In this document: positions 1 through 9,603 of the stretch, piece after piece
How the letters are laid out: each line of letters begins with the position of its first letter
How positions within the stretch are numbered: position 1 is the first letter of the stretch
Source of the DNA: Sphingomonadaceae bacterium
GTDB taxonomy: Bacteria > Chloroflexota > UBA6077
NCBI GenBank assembly: GCA_050261575.1
Contig: JBLNDL010000005.1
Location: 124,001 to 173,368 of the forward strand
Reading direction: 5' to 3'
Length of the DNA: 49,368 bases
Translations under genes and position numbers: made by a program
Notes under the pieces: model-generated
Database searches by the model: none
Told to the model about the DNA's origin: nothing
The model's input: only the letters and a program-made list of their open reading frames with translations

Positions 1-175
1 GCAGTAGTGCCTGAGGTTGTACGCGCTGAAGGTCGTGTCCAGCCAGACAGTGGGTGTTCTGATGCATCGTGGTCACCGCTAGCGCTGGGCTCATGCCCCC
101 ACGCCGGCTTCTGATCGGTCGCGTCCTTGCGGCCCAGCTTTCCCTTCTCGAAACCGAACGGCGGGAGGAGAGGCC

Positions 176-613
176 ATGGAGATCTACACGATAGGTTTCA
201 CGCAGAGAAACGCTGCCTCCTTCTTCGGAGCCCTGAGGCGGAGCGGGATCAAGCGGCTCATCGACGTCCGCCTCAACAACACGTCGCAGTTGGCGGGGTT
301 CACCAAGAAGGACGACCTGCAATTCTTCTTGAAGGAGTTGTGTGAGGCCGATTACCTCCACGAGCCGCTGTTGGCGCCGACCCAAGATATCCTCGACGGC
401 TACAAGAAGAAAGGCGGTAAGTGGGGCGACTACGAGGAGCGATTCTTGGCACTGATGAGCGGACGCCAGGTCGAAGACAGGATGGATCGGAGGCTTTTCG
501 AGGTTCCCACTGTTCTGCTATGCAGCGAAGCCACGCCCGAGCATTGCCACCGACGGCTCGTCGCGGAGTACCTCCGAGGGAAATGGGGTGACGTGCGGAT
601 CATCCACCTGTAG
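176..613 (+). CDS. DUF488 family protein
   Basis: IYTIGF...LIDVRLNNTSQLAGF...LLCSE..PEHCHRRLVAEYL signature; GGAGAGG RBS upstream. Confidence 0.85.
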   Translation: MEIYTIGFTQRNAASFFGALRRSGIKRLIDVRLNNTSQLAGFTKKDDLQFFLKELCEADYLHEPLLAPTQDILDGYKKKGGKWGDYEERFLALMSGRQVEDRMDRRLFEVPTVLLCSEATPEHCHRRLVAEYLRGKWGDVRIIHL

Positions 614-881
614 GTAGGCGCGCTGCGCCCTCCGTGGATCCTGTGTTCTTGGTGACTCCATGGCGGTCTCGCCACGACGGTGAGGGCGATCTATACTTGC
701 CGGGGGATTATCTTGCCGCAATTGGCCTATTCGCGGCAAGGTGACGGAGGTGCCGGTAGCGGCGAGGGATCAGGGGGTGCTGCTGATCGGTGCCGACGAG
801 CTGTTCGCATGACTCGGTTCCTGACTGCAAGGGCATCTTCTCCTCATCCTCCCCCGTGACGATCGCCTGGTGGCTGTGCGC

Positions 882-2885
882 TCACAGATGCTCCTTGATC
901 TTCGCCGCTGCCTGGCGGGTCATCCCCGGCACCGCCAGCAACTCCTCCAGGGGTGCCTCCCGGATCGCCCTCACCGAGCCGAAGTGCTTCATCAGCGCCT
1001 GCTTCCGGCGGGGGCCTATGCCCGGCACCTCGTCCAGGGCCGACCCGAGGGTGCGCTTGCTGCGCACGTTGCGATGGTAGGTGATGGCGAATCGGTGGGC
1101 CTCGTCCCGGATGCGTTGCACCAGGTAGAGGGCCTGCGAGGTCCGGGGGAGCATCATCCCCTGGGAGACCCCGGGCTGGAAGATCTCCTCGTTCTCCTTG
1201 GCCAGCCCCACGACGGGCAGGTTGGCCAGGCCCAGGTCGTCCAGCACCTCCAGGGCGGCGTTCAACTGCCCCTTGCCGCCGTCCACGATCACCAGGTCCG
1301 GTAGCACGGCCCAGGAGGAGGGTTCTGAGTTCTGAGTCCTGGGTCCTGAGTCCAGGGTGTCGGGGTCCTCACCCCGTGGGCCGGCCAAAGGGCCGGTCCA
1401 CGCCTCTCCTGGAGGGAAAGTGGAATCGATGCTCCCCGCGCCCCCGGCTCTCCGAGTCTCCGCGTCCTCACTCTCCCCGCCTCCGACGCTAACGGCTGAT
1501 AGCTGGCCACTGACCGCTCGCTTGAAGCGCCGCCGCAGCACCTCCTGCATCATGGCGAAGTCGTTGGCCCCCTCCACCGTCTTGATCTTGAAGCGGCGGT
1601 AGTCGGAGCTCTTCGCCTGCCCCCCCTCGAACACCACCATGCTCCCCACCGCCGAGGTGCCCTGGATGTTGGAGATGTCGTAGCACTCTATCCGGTGGGG
1701 CGTGGCCGGTAGCTGCAGCGCGTCGCGCAACTCCAGCAGGGCGCCGGTGGTCCGCTGGGTGTCGTTCAGCCAGCGAAGCTTGAGCATCTCCAACTGCTGG
1801 ACGGCGTTCTCCAACGCCAGCTTCACCAGTTGGGCTTTCTGACCTCGCTTGGGCACCGCCAGACGCACGCGGCTGCCGCGCCGCTCGGTGAGCCACTCGC
1901 CGAGCGTCTCGGCGTCGTCGATCTCCTCCTGAATCAGGATCTGAGGGGGCACGTAGGCCGCGGAGTCGTAGAACTGCTGCAGGAATGAGGCGAGCACGGG
2001 CGCCGTGGTCTCGTCCTCGGTCCCCTCCAGCGCGAAGTGCTCGCTGCCCACCAGCTTGCCGTTTCGGATGAAGAACAGTTGGGCGCAGGCGACGCCGTTG
2101 CCGGTGGCGAGCCCCACCACGTCCCGGTCGCTGGGGTCCTCCTCGGAGGTGATCCTCTGCCGTTCGACGATCTTCTCCAGGGAGCGGATCCGATCCCGCA
2201 GACGGGCCGCGTGCTCGAAGTTCAACTCCTCGGCGGCCTGTTCCATCTTCTCCCGCAGATCCTCGATTATCCTCTCCTGCTTGCCCTCCAGGAACAGCAC
2301 CACCTGCTGGATCGCCTGGAGGTACTCCGCGTGGTCCGCCACGCCGATGCAGGGCGCGATGCAGCGGTGGATGTGGTAGGCGAGGCAGGCGCGAGGGTCC
2401 CTTCCGGTGATCGTCCGGTGGCAGGTGCGGAAGGGGAAGAGCCGGTTCAGGGTATCCAGGGTCTGGCGCACCGACTTGGCGTCGGTGAAGGGGCCGAAGT
2501 AGCGCGCGCCGTCGCGGCTGACGCTCCGGGTGAAGTAGACCCGGGGCCACTCCTCCTGCACCGTGACCTTGATGAAGGGGTAGCTCTTGTCGTCCCGCAA
2601 CATCACGTTGTAGCGGGGACGGAGCTCCTTGATCAGGTTGCACTCCAGGATCAGGGCTTCCACCGGCGTGGAGGTGACGGTGACGTCCAGGTCCACCGCC
2701 CTCTCCATCATCCTCCGGGTCTTGGGGGCAAGCTGATCGGGGCTCTGGAGGTAGGATCGGACCCGATTTCGGAGTGACTGGGCCTTCCCGACGTAGAGGA
2801 CCTTGCCGGAGGCGTCGCGGAAGCAGTAGACGCCCGGCTTATGGGGAAGGGCCTCGACCTTCGTCTCCAGTTCGGTGCTCGCCAA
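882..2885 (-). CDS. uvrC: Excinuclease ABC subunit C
   Basis: GIY-YIG N-terminus (PGVY..YVGKA..LRNRVRSY), RIECYDISN, PDLVIVDGGKGQL, C-terminal HhH; carries an ~70-aa low-complexity insertion. Confidence 0.97.
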   Translation of the reverse strand: MASTELETKVEALPHKPGVYCFRDASGKVLYVGKAQSLRNRVRSYLQSPDQLAPKTRRMMERAVDLDVTVTSTPVEALILECNLIKELRPRYNVMLRDDKSYPFIKVTVQEEWPRVYFTRSVSRDGARYFGPFTDAKSVRQTLDTLNRLFPFRTCHRTITGRDPRACLAYHIHRCIAPCIGVADHAEYLQAIQQVVLFLEGKQERIIEDLREKMEQAAEELNFEHAARLRDRIRSLEKIVERQRITSEEDPSDRDVVGLATGNGVACAQLFFIRNGKLVGSEHFALEGTEDETTAPVLASFLQQFYDSAAYVPPQILIQEEIDDAETLGEWLTERRGSRVRLAVPKRGQKAQLVKLALENAVQQLEMLKLRWLNDTQRTTGALLELRDALQLPATPHRIECYDISNIQGTSAVGSMVVFEGGQAKSSDYRRFKIKTVEGANDFAMMQEVLRRRFKRAVSGQLSAVSVGGGESEDAETRRAGGAGSIDSTFPPGEAWTGPLAGPRGEDPDTLDSGPRTQNSEPSSWAVLPDLVIVDGGKGQLNAALEVLDDLGLANLPVVGLAKENEEIFQPGVSQGMMLPRTSQALYLVQRIRDEAHRFAITYHRNVRSKRTLGSALDEVPGIGPRRKQALMKHFGSVRAIREAPLEELLAVPGMTRQAAAKIKEHL
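1323..1357. repeat. Degenerate heptamer tandem repeat (5 units) inside uvrC
   Basis: ttctgag ttctgag tcctggg tcctgag tccaggg. Confidence 0.75.
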
Positions 2886-2933
2886 GAAATGGTCTCCCAG
2901 GGATCAGGCGCTACGGCGCGTACACGATCGATT

Positions 2934-4175
2934 CTACCTGATTCCGAGCATCTCCAGGGCCTTCTGCAGTTGAGGATCCCTGCCCGACCGGATCTCATCC
3001 AGGGACATATCCTGCACGGTCCTGGGGCTGAGGAGCGTCATGCCCGCCGTCGTGGGGACCTCCACGTCCGGCTCGATCCCCTGCTTCCATATCTGGCGCC
3101 CCTTGGGGGTCAGCCATTGGCTGGTGCCAAGTAGCAGGGCGGATCCGTCGGAGAGCTGGAAGGTGGAGAGCACCGTGCCGGTGCCGAAGGTCGTTTCCCC
3201 CACCAGCTTCCCCCGCTCGTTATCCTGGATCGCTCCGGCGAGGATCTCGGCGGCGCTGGCCGTACCCTGGTTGATCATCACCACCAGCGGGATGTCGGTG
3301 GCCAGGCCGCCGGACTGGGCCTGGATGGTCTTGCGATTCCCGCGGGCGTCCTGCTCGATCAGGACGTCCCCACCCTTCAGGAACTGGCTGGTGGCGAATA
3401 CGCACTGGTCCAGGAGGCCGCCGGTGTTGCTGCGTACGTCGAGCACGATGCCCTCGGCTCCGGCAGCTCGTATCCCGTGCAGAGCGTCAGTGAGCTCCTG
3501 GTTGACGTTGGCGTTGAACTGGCTGATCCGGAGGAAGGCTACCTTGGTGCCGGGGATCATCGTCCAACTGACGGGGTGCACCTGGATCTTGGCCCGAACT
3601 ATCGTGATCTCCACCGGCGTCACCTCGCCGGGGTGGAGGATGGTCAGGGTTACCTGAGTCCCCTCTGGGCCTCGGACCATCCGCACCACTCGATCCAGCG
3701 GTATCCCTGCTACCTGCTCGCCGTCCACCGCGACCAGCAGGTCGCCAGCCTGGATGCCCGCATTCTGTGCCGGCGAGCCGTCCAGGGGGGCGACGATCAT
3801 GGGGTAGCCGTCCTTCGTCCCCAGTTCCGCCCCGATCCCTTGGAACTGGCCCTGGATGTCGCTGGTCTGCTGGGTCGCTTCCTCCGGAGTGAGGAATCGG
3901 GTGTGGCCGTTGTCCCCCAGGGCGGCCAGCATCCCCTCGATCGCCCCGTAGGTCATGTTGCGGGTATCCACGACCGTTCGGTCGACGAAACGCTGCTGCA
4001 CCAGCTCCCACGCCTGCCAGAAGACTCCAAACTGATCAGCCACCTCCGTCGGCTGCGTCCGAACGGAGCCCGGCAGGAAGCCGCTGCGCTCCACCGTCAC
4101 CCCGGCGGTAAAGGCGCTTCCCGACACGATCAGCAGGACGATGAGAGTCAGCAACAGTTGGCGCCAGCGACCCAT
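2934..4175 (-). CDS. S41 family carboxyl-terminal processing protease (PDZ + peptidase)
   Basis: N-terminal TM/signal, FQGIGA PDZ, LDVRSNTGG, GTASAAEI, GETTFGTG motifs. Confidence 0.92.
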   Translation of the reverse strand: MGRWRQLLLTLIVLLIVSGSAFTAGVTVERSGFLPGSVRTQPTEVADQFGVFWQAWELVQQRFVDRTVVDTRNMTYGAIEGMLAALGDNGHTRFLTPEEATQQTSDIQGQFQGIGAELGTKDGYPMIVAPLDGSPAQNAGIQAGDLLVAVDGEQVAGIPLDRVVRMVRGPEGTQVTLTILHPGEVTPVEITIVRAKIQVHPVSWTMIPGTKVAFLRISQFNANVNQELTDALHGIRAAGAEGIVLDVRSNTGGLLDQCVFATSQFLKGGDVLIEQDARGNRKTIQAQSGGLATDIPLVVMINQGTASAAEILAGAIQDNERGKLVGETTFGTGTVLSTFQLSDGSALLLGTSQWLTPKGRQIWKQGIEPDVEVPTTAGMTLLSPRTVQDMSLDEIRSGRDPQLQKALEMLGIR

Positions 4176-4232
4176 GGCAAACTCCTAACCGGATGTGTAA
4201 CGAGTATAACCTACCGTGGAGCCGATGCGAAA

Positions 4233-5054
4233 CTAGAGGGCAGCCTCGTCCACCAGCCAGTACAGCTCTCCATCGCTGGGCCGAACCAGCGATGCCGGGA
4301 GGCTCGCTTCTCCTGCCAGGACCTGTCGCAGTACGGGAGCCTTGTCTGCCCCGGCCACGAGGAAGAGCACGGCTCTGGCGGCGTTGATCACCGGCAGGGT
4401 CAGGGTGACTCGGTCCACGGGTGGAGGTAGCCGGCCCGATGGGGTAGCCACTACCCATCGAACCTGCTCTTCCACAGCGGAGTGGCCGGGAAAGAGGGAT
4501 GCGGTGTGGCCGTCGGAGCCCAGCCCCAGCAGCACCAGGTCGAATCGGGGCGTTTCCGCTGAGCCGCCCGAGAGGTGCCGCGGTTCCGAATCACCGGGTG
4601 CGGCTTCGTCCCCTGCCGCCCTTTCCTCGTCAGCGTGAGGGTGTTGCCGGGCTGTGTCCTCGACAAAGAAGCGCCGCATCTCCGCCTCGTAGGCGGCCGC
4701 CACGCTCTCGCCCACTCCCACCTCGACGGGCACCCGGTGGATCTGGCCAAGGGGGATCGGCAGTCTCCTCAACAGCGTCTCCCTCGCCAGCCGGTAGTTG
4801 CTGTCTGGGTGGTCGGCCGGCACCAGGCGCTCGTCGCCCCAGAAGAGGTGGCAGCGGCCCCAATCGATCTGCTCGCGCCACGGGGCGTTGGCCAGCAACT
4901 GGTAGAGCCGCTTCGGGGTGGATCCACCCGATAGAGCTACGGCAAAACGACCCCGGCGCGCGATCGCGTCCGCTGCCAGCTCGGCGAACAGTCCGGCCGC
5001 GGCCTCGCTCAGCCGCTGCAGGTTGGGCTTCACGATCAGATTGCGCTGTATCAA
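4233..5054 (-). CDS. pgl: 6-phosphogluconolactonase
   Basis: ALSGGSTP, FWGDERLVP..HPDSNY, LLGLGSDGHTASLFP; located in PPP cluster. Confidence 0.95.
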   Translation of the reverse strand: MIQRNLIVKPNLQRLSEAAAGLFAELAADAIARRGRFAVALSGGSTPKRLYQLLANAPWREQIDWGRCHLFWGDERLVPADHPDSNYRLARETLLRRLPIPLGQIHRVPVEVGVGESVAAAYEAEMRRFFVEDTARQHPHADEERAAGDEAAPGDSEPRHLSGGSAETPRFDLVLLGLGSDGHTASLFPGHSAVEEQVRWVVATPSGRLPPPVDRVTLTLPVINAARAVLFLVAGADKAPVLRQVLAGEASLPASLVRPSDGELYWLVDEAAL

Positions 5055-5153
5055 GGCGAAGCACCCTCAACGATCATGGCTGGGGCTGGGTTTCCTCTCT
5101 GAGTCCTGGTGCTGTGACCTGGGTGGGAGTTCTCATCCTCCCAAAAGCCCAGC

Positions 5154-6272
5154 TCATCCCCGGAGGCAGCGGGCTGCCCGCGAGAGGCTGGCCCGGTAGG
5201 CGGGGTCGCCGCTCCGACGGTCCAACTCGCCGGACAGCAGGGATGCCCAGGAGGGCCGCGCCAGAGGCACCACCCGCTCCTGCGCTGTCCTGCCGCACAG
5301 CGCCACCCGCACGGCCGCGCACCACCCCTCTCTGTGGCGGACGATGGAGAACTCCGCTTGGTCGCCGCCCACGCGGGCCTCCAGGACGACCCTCGCCAGG
5401 TCACCGGGCCCGAGGGTTCCATCGGCGGGAACAGCGACGATCCGTGCCTCTACCGGACCATGCCCTGCCTGGAAGCGCAGTGCCCACTCCTCGGCTGGGA
5501 GCCGGATTGCAGGCTCCTTCGCCGTCCAACCTAGGCTGGCGGCGAGCCACGACAGCAGCAGCAGCGGCCGGGTGGTCGCCGCACCTGCGACGTGCTCCAC
5601 TCGCAGCCTCTCCACCCCATACTGAAACTGGCGCGACTCCACCGGATCGAACAGTTGGGCCAGCAGCTCCCGCCAGGAGGCTAGCTCCGCCCAGGCCAGG
5701 TCCGTCACGATCCTCCCCGGAGCGAGGGCATCGGCCAGCCGCTCCAGGTCGGGTAATCCCTCGGGTCCGGTCGGGTCGGAGTCCAGCACCACTCGGTCGC
5801 ACAGCTCCAGCAACTCTTCCTCCGGGCTGGGGGGAGTTCCCAGCCACCACAGGACTACCGGCATCTCCGGGATCAGCAGCGGCTCCAGGACGCTGGAGAG
5901 GTGGTTGGCCAGATCGCCCCGCACGGTGAGTTGGACCTCTTCGAAGCACACCTGGGGCTCGGCGGCGGAACGCAGTCGGCAGCGCACCGCGACCGTGGCG
6001 TCCAGGCCCGGTGCTGCCTCCGGGGTGGTGGTGACCAGCAGGGTGCGGGATGGGCGGATATCGGCCAGCTCCTCCAGCGCCTCCATCGCGCGGGATGTGT
6101 CGGCGCCCTGGGGAATCCGGACGATGCGGTTCAGCAGGCTGGCTCGCACCGGTGGGTGGATCTGCCCTGGCTCCGTGGGTGGGTTTAGCTCTCGGAGGGC
6201 CTGCACCAGGGCGCTCTTCACCTGGTTGATGGTGGTGTCCTCGCCGCTCCAACTGCTGGAGATGTGATCCAC
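5154..6272 (-). CDS. opcA: Glucose-6-phosphate dehydrogenase assembly protein OpcA
   Basis: PLLIPEMPVVLWW, RVVLDS, DLAWAELASWRELLAQLFD; directly after zwf; probable GTG start at 6272 (ORF-track start overlaps zwf). Confidence 0.85.
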   Translation of the reverse strand: MDHISSSWSGEDTTINQVKSALVQALRELNPPTEPGQIHPPVRASLLNRIVRIPQGADTSRAMEALEELADIRPSRTLLVTTTPEAAPGLDATVAVRCRLRSAAEPQVCFEEVQLTVRGDLANHLSSVLEPLLIPEMPVVLWWLGTPPSPEEELLELCDRVVLDSDPTGPEGLPDLERLADALAPGRIVTDLAWAELASWRELLAQLFDPVESRQFQYGVERLRVEHVAGAATTRPLLLLSWLAASLGWTAKEPAIRLPAEEWALRFQAGHGPVEARIVAVPADGTLGPGDLARVVLEARVGGDQAEFSIVRHREGWCAAVRVALCGRTAQERVVPLARPSWASLLSGELDRRSGDPAYRASLSRAARCLRG

Positions 6273-6282
6273 TACGCACCCC

Positions 6283-7839
6283 CTACCGGCGCCGCCAGCG
6301 TCGCCCGTCCCGCGCCAGCAGCTCGTTGGCCGCACGCGGACCCCAGCTCCCCGCCGGGTAGGGCTCGGGCGGAGAGCCCATCGCCTGCCACGCCTCCAGG
6401 ATCGGGGTTGCGAAGCGCCACCCCGCCTCCACTGCGTCGGCCCGCGTGAAGAGTGTGTGATCTCCCAGCAGGGAGTCCAGCAGCAGCCGCTCGTAGGCGT
6501 CGGGGGAGGGCAGCAGGAAGGAGCTGCCGTACAGGAAATCCATGTTCACCGACCGAATCCGCATCGCCATGCCGGGCACCTTGGCACCGAAACGGAGGGT
6601 TATGCCCTCGTCGGGCTGGAGGCGCAGCACCAGCACGTTCGGCTCCAGGGCGGCCGTGTCGCTGCTGGCGAACGGCAGGTGTGGCGCCGGTTTGAACTGC
6701 ACCGCGATCTCGGTGAGCCGGGAGGGCATCCGCTTCCCGTGCCGAAGGTAGAAGGGGGTTCCTGCCCAACGCCAGTTGTCGATGAAGAGGCGCAGGGCGA
6801 CGAAGCTCTCCGTGGTAGAGTCGGGGGCGACATTGGGCTCATCCCGATAGGCTGGCACGGGGCGGCCGTCTATCCAGCCCGCCTCGTAGCGGCCCCGAAC
6901 GGTCGCCTGCGCCACCTCGTCGCGAGACAGCGGGCGGAGGGCCTTCAGCACCTTGCCGCTTTCGTCGCGTACCGCATCGGACGTGAAGTTGATGGGGGGC
7001 TCCATCGTCACAAGCGCCAGAAGCTGGAGCATGTGGTTCTCCACCATATCGCGGAACGCACCCGCCTCCTCGTAGTAGGCCCCCCGACCCTCGATTCCGA
7101 TGCTCTCGGCTACAGTGATCTGCACGTGATCCACGTGCTCGGAGTTCCAGACTGGCTCCCAGAGGCGGTTGGCGAAACGAAACGCCAGGATGTTCTGCAC
7201 CGTTTCCTTGCCCAGGTAGTGGTCGATCCGGTAGAGCTGGCTCTCGTCGAACGCCTGCCAGATCTGTCGGTTGAGGGCCAGCGCGCTGGCTAGATCCCGG
7301 CCGAACGGCTTCTCCACGATGATGCGGGCGAACGCCTCCGGCCTGCCCCCTCGGTTGAGACCGGCCTCCCCCAGCCGCTGCACGATGGTCGGGAAGAAGC
7401 TGGGCGGGGTGGCCAGGTAGTAGAGCCGGTTCCCGGCCGTGCCCTGCTGGGCATCGATCTCGGCCAGCCGTTTCCTCAACTGCTCGTAGGTGGCGGGATC
7501 GGATAGGTCGCCCGATAGGTAGGAGATCCTGCCGGCGAAGCTCTCCCACAGCACGGGGTTCAGCGGTGCAGTGCGGGAGAAGCGTTCGGCGGCGTCCCGC
7601 AGCTTCTCCCGGAACACGCCCGTGTCCAGCGGGCGTCTGGCGACCCCGATGATGGCGAACTCGGCCGGTAGCAGGTTCGCCAGCGCCAGGTTGTAGAGGG
7701 CTGGGACCAGCTTCCGGCTGGTCAGGTCCCCCGAGGCGCCAAAGATCACGATGGCGCAAGAGGGCGCGACCCGCTGCTCAGGGGAACCCGCTCGCAGGAG
7801 ATTGGGGATCGTCTCGTTGGCCTTGGGCAGTGTATCCAT
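6283..7839 (-). CDS. zwf: Glucose-6-phosphate 1-dehydrogenase
   Basis: IFGASGDLTSRKL, EKPFG, RIDHYLGKETVQN. Confidence 0.98.
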   Translation of the reverse strand: MDTLPKANETIPNLLRAGSPEQRVAPSCAIVIFGASGDLTSRKLVPALYNLALANLLPAEFAIIGVARRPLDTGVFREKLRDAAERFSRTAPLNPVLWESFAGRISYLSGDLSDPATYEQLRKRLAEIDAQQGTAGNRLYYLATPPSFFPTIVQRLGEAGLNRGGRPEAFARIIVEKPFGRDLASALALNRQIWQAFDESQLYRIDHYLGKETVQNILAFRFANRLWEPVWNSEHVDHVQITVAESIGIEGRGAYYEEAGAFRDMVENHMLQLLALVTMEPPINFTSDAVRDESGKVLKALRPLSRDEVAQATVRGRYEAGWIDGRPVPAYRDEPNVAPDSTTESFVALRLFIDNWRWAGTPFYLRHGKRMPSRLTEIAVQFKPAPHLPFASSDTAALEPNVLVLRLQPDEGITLRFGAKVPGMAMRIRSVNMDFLYGSSFLLPSPDAYERLLLDSLLGDHTLFTRADAVEAGWRFATPILEAWQAMGSPPEPYPAGSWGPRAANELLARDGRRWRRR

Positions 7840-7848
7840 TCTCGCCGT

Positions 7849-9570
7849 CTAGCTTATCGCCTGGGTCAACTGCGCCAGCCCGTCGAGGACGTCCCCGCTC
7901 AGGTGGACCGACAGCACCCTTCGGCCGTGCTGCCGGAGCGCCTGCCGGTCGCCCAGGGCCTGCGCCGCCTGGAGGGTTCCGAAGTCGTAGGGCTGGCCCG
8001 GTATCGGCACCTCCACCGTCTTGTCGGCCGTGATCTGGAGGAACAGCCCCGTGTTGGGGCCTCCCTTGTGCAACTGCCCGGTGGAGTGGAGGAAGCGGGG
8101 GCCGTACCCCAGGGTGGTGGCGAGGCGAGTGCGCTCCAGCAGCCGCCCGCGCAGCCTCTCGAGCGCCTGATCTATGGGCTCCGCCATGTCCAGGTAGGCC
8201 ATGATGGCCAGGTAGTCGCCCTGGCGAGCCTGGCCGAGGAACGCGGATAGGGCTCCGCCCACCGTGGACTCCCCGGTTCCTCGTAGCTGCAACGCATCCT
8301 GCACCAGGTCGGGCTCCTCCACCGGCAGATTGCCCCTCTGCCGGTAGACGTCCAGCAGCGCTTTGGTGTTGTCCTTGCTCTCCTGGACGTTCGGCTGGTC
8401 GAACGGGTCGATCCTCAGGAGGGCGCCGGCCAGGGCGGTGGCGAACTCCCAGCGGAAGAACTCCCCGCCCAGGTCGTACGCGCTGGCCAGCAGGTAGGTC
8501 ACCACCGGCTGCTCCAGGATCTCCAGTTCGGCGACCAGCTCGTCCAGGGCGGCGTTGTCGTCCCCCTCCAGCCGCGTGTAGACGAAGAAGCGATCCGTGC
8601 CGTATCCCTCCGGCGGGACGAGGGGCTCTCCGGCCACCGGCACGATCCCCCGGCCCTCCTTGCCGGTGCTCTCGGCGATCAACTGCTCCACCCAGAGGCC
8701 GAAGCCCGCGATCCGAGGCGAGGCCAGTAGGGTGAGCTTGTCGCGGCCGACCGCGGCTAGGCCGCCCAGGGCTGCCCCGAGCCAGAGGCCGGGGTTCCTC
8801 TCGCCAGGCGTGGAGCTGGTGCAGGCGCGGGCCATCCGCTCGGCGCTGTCCAGCAGCAGGTTCAGATCCATGCCGATCAGCGCCGCCGGCACCAACCCGA
8901 AGAGGGAGAGGGCGGAGTAGCGGCCGCCGATGTCGGGCGGGTTGACGAAGACGCGCCGGAAGCGTCGTTCGGCGCCCAGCCGCTCCAGGCTAGTGCCCGG
9001 GTCGGTGATCGCCGCGAAGGCCGACCCGGCGTCCTCCCCCATCCGCGCCTCGGCTCGGTCGTAGAAGAAGCGGTAGAGGGAGTCCACCTCGATGGTGCCG
9101 CCCGACTTGCTGGAGATGAGGTGGAGGGTGCGGGCGGGGTCGGCCTGCTGGGCCACGCGGGACACCATCTCCGGATCGGTGGAGTCCAGCACCCACAGCC
9201 GCGGGGAGCCCGGGGCGTCGCCGAAGGTGAGGCGCAGCACCTCCGGGCAGAGGCTGGAGCCTCCCATGCCACACAGGATCACCTGCTCGATGCCGTCTCG
9301 GATCACCTCCTGCCGGAAGGCTTCGAGTTCGGGAAGCTGCCTTCGCATGGCGGCCGCGACGGTGAGCCAGCCGAGCCGCTGGCGAATCTCGGCTTGGTGG
9401 ACTGGGTCGTCTTTCCAGAGGCTGGGATCGCGGTCCCAGATCCGGATCACGGCGTCTTTGGAGGCCAGATCCTTGAGGGCGCGGTCCACCGGCCCTTGCC
9501 AGGTGCCCAGGGACAGCTTCTGTCGCTGCATCGCCTTCGTCCCTCCGATGACTTCTAGCTGCGCCGTCAC
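7849..9570 (-). CDS. pgi: Glucose-6-phosphate isomerase (type resembling the Pgi half of Tal/Pgi fusions)
   Basis: GMGGSSL, SSKSGGTIE, DIGGRYSALS, QLIAESTGK, PFDQPNVQESK, GPRFLHSTGQLHKGGP. Confidence 0.9.
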   Translation of the reverse strand: MTAQLEVIGGTKAMQRQKLSLGTWQGPVDRALKDLASKDAVIRIWDRDPSLWKDDPVHQAEIRQRLGWLTVAAAMRRQLPELEAFRQEVIRDGIEQVILCGMGGSSLCPEVLRLTFGDAPGSPRLWVLDSTDPEMVSRVAQQADPARTLHLISSKSGGTIEVDSLYRFFYDRAEARMGEDAGSAFAAITDPGTSLERLGAERRFRRVFVNPPDIGGRYSALSLFGLVPAALIGMDLNLLLDSAERMARACTSSTPGERNPGLWLGAALGGLAAVGRDKLTLLASPRIAGFGLWVEQLIAESTGKEGRGIVPVAGEPLVPPEGYGTDRFFVYTRLEGDDNAALDELVAELEILEQPVVTYLLASAYDLGGEFFRWEFATALAGALLRIDPFDQPNVQESKDNTKALLDVYRQRGNLPVEEPDLVQDALQLRGTGESTVGGALSAFLGQARQGDYLAIMAYLDMAEPIDQALERLRGRLLERTRLATTLGYGPRFLHSTGQLHKGGPNTGLFLQITADKTVEVPIPGQPYDFGTLQAAQALGDRQALRQHGRRVLSVHLSGDVLDGLAQLTQAIS

Positions 9571-9603
9571 GTGGCCCCACGGCGCGAGGCAGTCGCGCCC
9601 GCG

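Noticed and set aside
176..613. DUF488 as part of the CRISPR or a defence system
   Set aside because: 14 kb from the cas locus, no partner gene visible, upstream context cut by the window edge
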